A stretch of DNA of 64,000 bases from Vicinamibacterales bacterium (GTDB lineage: Bacteria; Acidobacteriota; Vicinamibacteria; Vicinamibacterales; G965249535), in assembly GCA_965249535.1 (NCBI GenBank), contig OZ252241.1, positions 356,673 to 420,672 of the forward strand, in the 5' to 3' direction. Under the pieces are notes generated by a model. The model saw only the letters and a list, made by a program, of their open reading frames with translations, was not told the DNA's origin and made no database searches. Made by a program: the position numbers and the translations under genes. Below are positions 57,086-64,000 of this stretch, piece by piece. Within the stretch, counting starts at the first letter, position 1, and every line of letters begins with the position of its first letter.

Positions 57086-58994
57086 CTATGGTTTCGGAAT
57101 GAGCGGTAACGTAATGTGTGACGCATGGTTTTGATCATGATGAACCGTATTAGTAGCCACAATAAGACGACGATGCTGATTAAGAGGTTCGCCAGTATTC
57201 GGGTTTACATCAAACCTCGGAAAATTGCTGCTTGAAATATCGACTCGAATTCGATGTCCCTTCTTAAAAATATTCGACGTGGGATACAAACGAATTGTGA
57301 ACTCATAAATTTCATCAGGGGTCATCAGTTGTTCTTCACTTAGTGACTCTCTGAACCGTGCTCGAACAATCCCATCTCCAAGATTCAAATCGAATCCTCC
57401 TGGAAAATATTTATTCGGTGGATAGATATCAAGAAGCTTCGCCGTGAAATCTGTATCTAGAGCCGAAGATGAAGCCCATAGCCTTACTTCCATCTCGCCG
57501 GTTACTTCAGTGTCCTCCATTAGAGGCTCAGTTTGAAATACTAGAACGTCACGCCACGCAGAAACTGGAATAGGAAGCGTCCAGTTCCAAATGTGATCGC
57601 CTCCGCGCTGGTCCCAGGCACCCTGCAACATAATGCCCTGGCCAGAGGAAATGTTACCGCCAATAGTTGGAACAGGATCACTTGGATCAAACGTGTAAGC
57701 GGTTGACGCTGCATCCTCAGCGGGTAACTCTGTCGAAAGAATACCGCCAGCCTGCAGATAGTAATTCCTGTGCTGCGTCCTAGCCAGCGGCCACTCTTGC
57801 TCATCGCGCCAATAACCGCCATGATTTAGGAGACCCCCATCCGTCTTTTTTTTCCATCGCCCGTACCCATAACGAAGATACGTACTGGACTTGCGAAAGG
57901 GGGCCTTTTCCAACGGAGTTGTCGATATCCTTCAACCAGTGGTCGTACCACTCAAGACGCCAGGCCAGCGGATCGGCTATAGCCGCATCGACACCAAAAC
58001 TTACCTGTCCGTGAGTCGATTCGTTCTGACGTCCATGAATCCAAGGGCCCATTATGAGATAAACAGGTCCGGTAATGAACTTGGTCAGTTCCTTGTAATT
58101 CGTGCTTGTATTGCCGGCCCAGGAGTCATACCAACCACCAACGAGATAGACAGGAATATCCTTATAGGAACTTGCGTTGCCACGTATATTGTTCTGGCTC
58201 CAATGATCGTCATCAACTCCATGTTCCATCACTGAGACGAGCCAACTCTCATACTCTGGTGCAAACCTGAGCGGCGTAGTATTTCGGCGCGTTGGTAAAT
58301 TAAGTAGGTAGTATTTCCTATTCTCGGCCATCTGTTCGAGTCTTGCACGACTAGATGGTTCACGAGCTTGCCTGCTGCCATCAGCCGCACGAGTAAAGAT
58401 CCAGTTCCAGAAACGTAATTCGAAGGCCCCTACGTTGCGTAAACTCTGGTACCCTAGATTCGACATTGCATCCACAGGAATCACAGTCGAAAGTTCAGGA
58501 GCTTTCTCCATCGCAATAGCATGCTGAGTGCCTCCAACGTACGAGGTTCCAATCATCCCAATGTGGCCGTTCGACCATAACTGCTGACCGATCCACGCGC
58601 ACGTATCAACTCCGTCTTCCCCATCATCAGTCAACATGTGCCAGACCCCATCAGACTTGTAGCGACCTCGTGTATCCTGAGCGATGAATACATAACCTCT
58701 CGAGGCGAAGTAGAAAGCCGACTCTTCATATCCGTTCTTGCTGTACGGCGTACGAGTAAGAATACTTGGCAGGCGATCACTTATTGGGTTACCGTTGAGC
58801 CCAGCAGGGAAATAGATATCGGTTGAGAGTTCAATGCCATCACGCATCGGCACTTTAACATCCTTAAGAACTGTGACAATGTACTGAGGGGTATCTGAGG
58901 CCTCCACTAAAGAGACGGAAACCAATAGGAGTAACACAACGAAAAATCGTGAGGCACTGAAACAACATTTCTCTCGTACTTTAAGCACTATCAT
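57086..58994 (-). pseudogene. CocE/NonD-family (S15, X-Pro dipeptidyl-peptidase-like) hydrolase, broken by two 1-nt frameshifts in homopolymers
   Basis: N-part: ORF 57801..58994 (RTPYSK, GYVFIAQDTRG, GMIGTSYVGGTQ nucleophile elbow). C-part: ORF 57086..57913 (HGGYWRDEQEWPLA). The bridging peptide PPFASPVRIFVMGTGDGKK is readable only in the third frame, between the C5/A4 run (57899-57909) and the A8 run (57846-57853). Confidence 0.8.
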
Positions 58995-59104
58995 TGCCCC
59001 TCCTTACACAATAAAGTGACCTGAGATACTCACTCGGATCTCAGCTCTAAACTCTTGTATATAAAGCACCGGTTCAAAAATAGTCTGCACAACGTCTAGA
59101 ACGT

Positions 59105-59725
59105 TCATAATGTTGCGCGAATAGAAAAGTTGATCTCAAGTTCATTCTTGACCTTGACTGTACCACCAGCAGCACGAATTGGATCTATCTCAAAATCTGT
59201 TTGGTTGATTTTCATTCTACCCATCGCAGTAAGTCCGTCCGACCCAAATTCAACCAACGATCTCACTCTCTGTAATCGTGTCACTCCGTGTATGGTGAGA
59301 TCGCCAACCACCACGAGCTCTAAACTTCCTGTACTTGCTCTAATAATCTCAATTCCTCGTGATACGAAAGTGATCGTCGGAAATTTCTCAACGTCGAGCA
59401 CGTCCTCACTATGCATAACACGTTGAACCTCCGCCACGTCTCCAGCAGGTTCTCCACGTCCTGTCACAGTGAGCGAGGAGGTGTCAATTTCGAGATGGAC
59501 GTTAGATCTGGCGGGATTTTCGCGATTCAAATTAAGAGAACCACGAATTCTACTTGCAGCGACCTCATGTGTGTGGCCTGCAAAACGAAAAAAACCAGCC
59601 TTGCCAACATGGATCATTACTTCACTGCCCACAGAATCGATCGTTAAGATCTTCGGAGACTCCTCCATTTTCGAAAGGTTTAACAGTCCTACAAAAAGAA
59701 GGGTTACTAGAGACAAAGCTTTCAC
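59105..59725 (-). CDS. YceI-family (polyisoprenoid-binding-like) periplasmic protein
   Basis: Signal peptide. The HTHEV... and LTIHGVT motifs are characteristic of YceI-like lipocalin folds. Confidence 0.7.
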   Translation of the reverse strand: MKALSLVTLLFVGLLNLSKMEESPKILTIDSVGSEVMIHVGKAGFFRFAGHTHEVAASRIRGSLNLNRENPARSNVHLEIDTSSLTVTGRGEPAGDVAEVQRVMHSEDVLDVEKFPTITFVSRGIEIIRASTGSLELVVVGDLTIHGVTRLQRVRSLVEFGSDGLTAMGRMKINQTDFEIDPIRAAGGTVKVKNELEINFSIRATL

Positions 59726-60021
59726 AGAGCGGAACCTCTTGAGCGGACCAAATCGTATGAGACAAGAGTCTCGAGATTATACCGTTTTACACTGATAGCC
59801 CGTAGTCCCGAACCGTGAGAACACTTGAGGAACATTACGTTAAACCCTTCCAAATAAAGCATTATTTCGCAGCCACAATTGACCTTTGCTTCTATCACCT
59901 ACGGGTTTGACCTAAAAACGCAAGCGCATGACTAAGCATCTTACTCATGCTATGCTTAACTCGTGGGATGTAGATAAAATGTCCGGGTCGGACATCCTTA
60001 AAGATCACAAGGAGGTATCCG

Positions 60022-61050
60022 ATGAGAAATCAACTCGCTAGTGCCATGTTGATCGTGCTCGTTGTGGCGGGTGGTATAGGTTCACTCGCGCCAAACTGGG
60101 TCAGCGGTCAGACTCAAGAACCGGCGGAAGAGACTTGGACTGTAGGACGTACGGTAGACGGTCAGCCTGATCTCCAAGGTATTTGGTCAAATAATAACGC
60201 CACTCCGCTCGAACGACCGGAAGTGCTTGGGGAAAGAGAATACTTGACTGAAAAAGAAGTGGCCTTAATGCAAGAAAGAGCTGATCAAATCTTTGCTAAC
60301 AGCTCTGGTGATGCTTCTTTCGGCGATGAAGTCTTTCAGGCCTTATTAACAGACCAAGCTGATTTTTCATCCAGTGACACAGCAACAGGAAACTACAACC
60401 AGTTTTGGGTTGTCGAGAGAGACTTCGATAATCGAACATCATTGGTTACCGACCCACCGAATGGAAGGCTACCTTCGTTAACCCCTGAGGCTGAGGAAAG
60501 AATCGCCACGCGCAAAATCGTTCAGGAACGCGCCTATGGCCCTGAAGATCGCTCTTTAGGTGATCGCTGCATTACCTTCAGCGTCCCGTCGCTTGTTGCT
60601 GGTTACAATAGCTACTATCAAATCCTTCAGGTTCCTGGGTACGTCGTACTTCTAATGGAAATGATCCATGATGTTCGTATCATTCCCTTGGATGGGCGCC
60701 CTCACATAGGGAATGGAATCAGGCAATGGCATGGTGACTCGCGTGCCCATTGGGAAGGCGACACGCTAGTCATTGATACCACCAACTATTCTCCTAAAAG
60801 CTACTTCAAAGGATCGCAGGACAACCTGCACGTCACTGAGCGTTTCACGCGTGTAGGACCAAACAGTATAAATTATGAGTTCACTGTCGAGGATCAAACT
60901 ACGTGGACGGACTCTTGGACAGCCATGATCCCATTAAAGAAAACAGACGATACAATTTTCGAATATGCCTGCCACGAAGGTAATTACGGTATGGAAGGTA
61001 TTCTCGCTGGAGCTCGGGCACTTGAGAAAGCTCCCCAAGGCGGCCAGTAA
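60022..61050 (+). CDS. secreted protein of an uncharacterised family, paralogue 1 (intact)
   Basis: Signal peptide, then GQPDLQGIWSNNNATPLERP ... NYNQFWVVERDF ... GPEDRSLGDRCIT ... HDVRIIPLDGRPH ... FEYACHEGNYGM. RBS AAGGAGG. Confidence 0.7.
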   Translation: MRNQLASAMLIVLVVAGGIGSLAPNWVSGQTQEPAEETWTVGRTVDGQPDLQGIWSNNNATPLERPEVLGEREYLTEKEVALMQERADQIFANSSGDASFGDEVFQALLTDQADFSSSDTATGNYNQFWVVERDFDNRTSLVTDPPNGRLPSLTPEAEERIATRKIVQERAYGPEDRSLGDRCITFSVPSLVAGYNSYYQILQVPGYVVLLMEMIHDVRIIPLDGRPHIGNGIRQWHGDSRAHWEGDTLVIDTTNYSPKSYFKGSQDNLHVTERFTRVGPNSINYEFTVEDQTTWTDSWTAMIPLKKTDDTIFEYACHEGNYGMEGILAGARALEKAPQGGQ

Positions 61051-61091
61051 CTCCATTGCAAGGGTTTTAGAAAACTGAAAATATACATACT

Positions 61092-61122
61092 GACCGACCA
61101 GATCGCGCCGATCTGGTCGGTC
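61092..61122 (+). terminator. perfect 13-bp stem hairpin after paralogue 1 (GACCGACCAGATC-gcgcc-GATCTGGTCGGTC)
   Basis: Read directly from the sequence. GC-rich stem 42 nt after the stop. No clear U-tract follows, so a terminator function is inferred. Confidence 0.45.
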
Positions 61123-61250
61123 GTCGTGGATGCCCTCTTCTTCACACTACAAACTGTCTCTTTCGAACGTCTGTCGTCTGTACATGCAAACGCTACCAGC
61201 GCTTCACGATGAATAGTTCGACGGGTTCCTAACACGCAAGGAGATATCCA

Positions 61251-62286
61251 ATGAAAGCTTTGAACTTGTACTCCCCGTGTGTGATAGTGATCATACTGAA
61301 TGCAATATTTTCAATCCCAACGATCGCTTCAGATCAGGACTCGTTCGACGACAGTACGTGGACCGTCTCCCGTACGCCTAACGGTCAACCTGATCTGCAA
61401 GGTCTGGGAGAATAACAACGCAACGCCATTGGAACGACCGGTAGAGCCCGAAGATAGAGAATTTCTTAACGATGAAGAAGTGATTGAATTAAAAGAACGG
61501 GCCGATACACTCTTCGCTAATAACGCTGGAGATGCGGCTTTTGGCGATCAAGTGTTCTCAGCTCTCATAACTGGTACTACAAAGTATGAAACGGCCGGAG
61601 TAGACCACGAGACCGGCAACTATAATCAGTTCTGGGTAGTCGAGAGGGACTTCGAAAACGACAATCGGACATCGTTAATTACCGAACCCTCTGACGGAAG
61701 ACTTCCACCGATAACTTTGAAAGCACGGGAAAGATTAACCCTAGGTAAAATACTTAGAGAACGTCCTGCACATGGTCCAGAAGATCGAAGTTTAGGTGAG
61801 CGCTGTATAACATTTTTCCCAAGAATTAACGCTGGCTACAACAGCTACTTCCACATTCTACAAACATCTGGATACGTGGTAATTCTCATGGAGATGGGTC
61901 ATGACGCAAGGATCATCCCACTGGACGGGCGCCCACACATCAAGGACAAGATTAGACAGTGGAACGGAGACTCGCGTGGTTACTGGGACGGTGACACATT
62001 GGTCGTTGACACAACAAATTACTCTAACAAGAGCAACTTCAAAGGGGCTGGCGAGAACCTGAACCTAGTAGAAAGGTTTACTCGGACAGGACCCGACCGG
62101 TTGCAATATGAAATAACCGTCAGCGATCCAACAACCTGGGCAAGTTCCTGGACAGCCATGATTCCTCTAAAGAAAACCGACGATGCCATTTTCGAATACG
62201 CATGTCACGAGGGAATTTATGGAATGTTTAATCTCCTCTCTGGTGCGCGAGCTGAAGAGCAATCTTCTACACGGAACGAGCACTAA
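61251..62286 (+). pseudogene. paralogue 2 of the same family, frame-disrupted at the PDLQG-W motif
   Basis: ATG 61251 (RBS AAGGAGA) encodes MKALNLYSPCVIVIILNAIFSIPTIASDQDSFDDSTWTVSRTPNGQPDLQG, then stops at 61413. The body (track ORF 61300..62286) is in the +1 frame. A single c at 61404 stands where paralogues 1 and 3 have an Ile codon. Confidence 0.7.
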
Positions 62287-62435
62287 AACGAAAAGTTTTG
62301 ATCAGTTCTCGCTCTGACCCTAGTATTCCAGTTACTCGTAAACGAAAATTCTGTACTATCGGTAGACGAGAAGTGTTCTAAACTCTCTACTGCCAACCAC
62401 CTCTTAAAAGGGATGAAGACCAACGGCTAGTTCAC

Positions 62436-63596
62436 ATGTACATACTGATAATCTTTCTTTGCTTATGGCTTTCATGCATTGAATCGATCACGGCGCAGCC
62501 GAGGCTTCCACTTGATTGGTCAGCCATAGCAAACCGTATTGCCCAATCTCTAGCGCTCGAACCAAATGAAAAAGTATTAATTGTCTCGTATCCTGGGATC
62601 TTCGAAGACCTCATCCCTCATCTTCGTTACACCTTCATAGGAGTAGGAGCTATAGATCTAGGTGTCATCGACGTACTCAGAAAACCCTATCCAAATAATT
62701 GGCCAGATACAATGCTTAAAAGAGCTATTAAGAATTCACGTGTTTCTTACCGAACAATGCTCAGAGATTTTGATGCAGCGGTAATTTTACCTGGCACCAC
62801 ACCTACAGCTCCTGTTTACGCAGCTATCCAAGACTTACTGAGAACAGGACGTAGTCGGACAATTCACTTTCACTGGTTAGAAAACGGTAGCGCACTCCCA
62901 TTACCAGGCCAACCTCTTCCACCTCCACATGCCATTGATTCGACATACCAGTGGGCATTACTCAAATCCGATTGCTCTGCTATCGGTCTAATCCAACGAC
63001 GATTCGAGGCAGCCATGCGTAAGTCTGAAGTGAGAGTGACCTCTTCACTGGGTACTGACCTTCGCTTTGAGATCGGCAAGAGACCGGTGAACTTACAAGA
63101 TGGCGATGCGTCAGTAGAGCGTACGAGCAAAGCAGAAATTCTCGTTGACCGAGAAATCGAGTTACCATGCGGAGCTATTCGGGTCTCACCAGAGGAAGAT
63201 ACTGTTCAGGGAACGATCGCATTCCCAACTTCTCAGTGGAATGGTCGGCCGGTTAAGGGTCTTAAGTTTTTTGTTGAAAACGGACGTATTATCGACATTA
63301 CCGCAACTTCTGGAATAAAGTCGGCCGAAGCCGAACTAGCTGAAGCGCCGAAGACTAGTCACAGATTTAGAGAATTTGCATTGGGGTTCAATCCAGAACT
63401 TTCGGTACCAGAGCTTTCGCCCTGGATTCCATACTATGGATATGGCGCTGGTGTCGTACGCTTGTCATTTGGAAATAGCTCCGAACTTGGAGGAGCTGTT
63501 GACGGAGACTACGTGCGCTGGAATTTCTTCACAGACACAAGCGTTACAGTCGGCGATCAAGTATGGGTGCGAGATGGACAATTAATAGAACATTGA
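62436..63596 (+). CDS. M29-like (aminopeptidase T/PepS-type) aminopeptidase, secreted
   Basis: Signal peptide. ...GTDLRFEIG..., EIELPCGAIRVSPEEDTVQGTIAF and REFALGFNP parallel the M29 pattern (GTDL.f / N.PsGEv...P.e.s.nG.i / igE.aiG.N). Confidence 0.6.
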   Translation: MYILIIFLCLWLSCIESITAQPRLPLDWSAIANRIAQSLALEPNEKVLIVSYPGIFEDLIPHLRYTFIGVGAIDLGVIDVLRKPYPNNWPDTMLKRAIKNSRVSYRTMLRDFDAAVILPGTTPTAPVYAAIQDLLRTGRSRTIHFHWLENGSALPLPGQPLPPPHAIDSTYQWALLKSDCSAIGLIQRRFEAAMRKSEVRVTSSLGTDLRFEIGKRPVNLQDGDASVERTSKAEILVDREIELPCGAIRVSPEEDTVQGTIAFPTSQWNGRPVKGLKFFVENGRIIDITATSGIKSAEAELAEAPKTSHRFREFALGFNPELSVPELSPWIPYYGYGAGVVRLSFGNSSELGGAVDGDYVRWNFFTDTSVTVGDQVWVRDGQLIEH

Positions 63597-63671
63597 GAAG
63601 ACTTTTGCTGTTCTAGGAAAAAGCAGATAACAAAAATTTGCTTTTGAACTTTCCCGAAGTGGAGGCACGCC

Positions 63672-64000
63672 GTGACGAAGTTTCAAGAAAGGAACATACG
63701 TGCGTGGCTGATCGTAACCGTGATTATATTCCTGACGTCATGGTCATTTTTCGCTCAGACTTCACACTCACCTCTTGTACAGAATAGGATACCAAATCAC
63801 GCTGAGACGAGTGAGTCAAAAACCGAAGAATGGAGCCCCCCACACCATGGGGACAGCCCGACCTACAGGGGATCTGGGACAGTCGCACTATCACACCTTT
63901 GGAACGCCCCTCTGAGTTTACAGAACAAGAGTTTCTGACAGACGCTCAGGTCGTTGAACTTGAACAAAAAGCGGTCCGAAGTCCTGATGGCCGTCCACCA
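63672..64000 (+). pseudogene. paralogue 3 of the same family (5' part; continues beyond the window), frameshifted in a C6 run
   Basis: GTG 63672 (RBS GGAGG) gives signal peptide IRAWLIVTVIIFLTSWSFFAQT...KTEEWSPP. After CCCCCC (63836-63841) the family sequence TPWGQPDLQGIWDSRTITPLERPSEFTEQEFL... is in the -1 frame. One extra C would restore it. Confidence 0.65.

Noticed and set aside
1-64000. Looked for rRNA, tRNA, tmRNA, CRISPR arrays and long dispersed repeats
   Set aside because: I saw no cloverleaf-compatible segments, no rRNA-like conserved blocks and no repeat-spacer periodicity. The only tandem repeat is the 13-bp x3 unit at 35405-35443. This was done by eye, so tRNAscan-SE, Infernal and a CRISPR finder should confirm it.

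Overview
This is a 64-kb chromosomal window from a Gram-negative bacterium. TonB and a beta-barrel OMP ending in Phe support that; the backbone GC looks to be in the high 40s % by eye, and I cannot assign a lineage from sequence alone.

Layout:
- 0-40 kb: densely packed, mostly minus-strand housekeeping genes. These include thiE, the rnhB-rplS-trmD-rimM-KH-rpsP-ffh cluster, ribD-ribE-ribBA, ftsY, gpsA, thpR, cinA, pgpA, nrdR, purC, groES-groEL, tonB-like, selB, rnr, a glycerate kinase, gatB, pckA, a SpoIID-like gene, long-form ispH, a dksA-like gene with folK, and tesA-ybbA-ybbP-like genes.
- 40.2-46.1 kb: two visibly GC-richer mobile insertions.
  - (i) A 2,313-bp IS1-family element with 17-bp terminal inverted repeats and an 8-bp target-site duplication. 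It carries about 1.4 kb of non-transposase cargo.
  - (ii) An IS1595-type transposase (frameshifted, lacking its own N-terminus) that is translationally coupled to a 556-aa beta-class DNA methyltransferase fused to an Mrr-like PD-(D/E)XK domain. This insertion sits inside the 3' end of an S58/DmpA-type peptidase gene.
- Downstream of the insertions: a decayed Na+/solute symporter, then an intact, tightly packed cassette of CstA, a small protein ending in Cys-Cys, and an ArsA/Get3-like ATPase.
- 51-64 kb: a secreted-protein and hydrolase neighbourhood. It holds an OMP barrel, an aromatic/RG-rich secreted protein, a LarA-like protein, an amidohydrolase, a frameshifted CocE/NonD peptidase, YceI, an M29-like aminopeptidase, and three paralogues of an uncharacterised secreted family. 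Two of the three paralogues are frame-disrupted exactly at the signal-peptide/mature-domain junction.

I recognised no rRNA, tRNA or CRISPR array.

Caveat: four of the six frameshifts sit in homopolymer runs, so several 'pseudogenes' may be sequencing artefacts.
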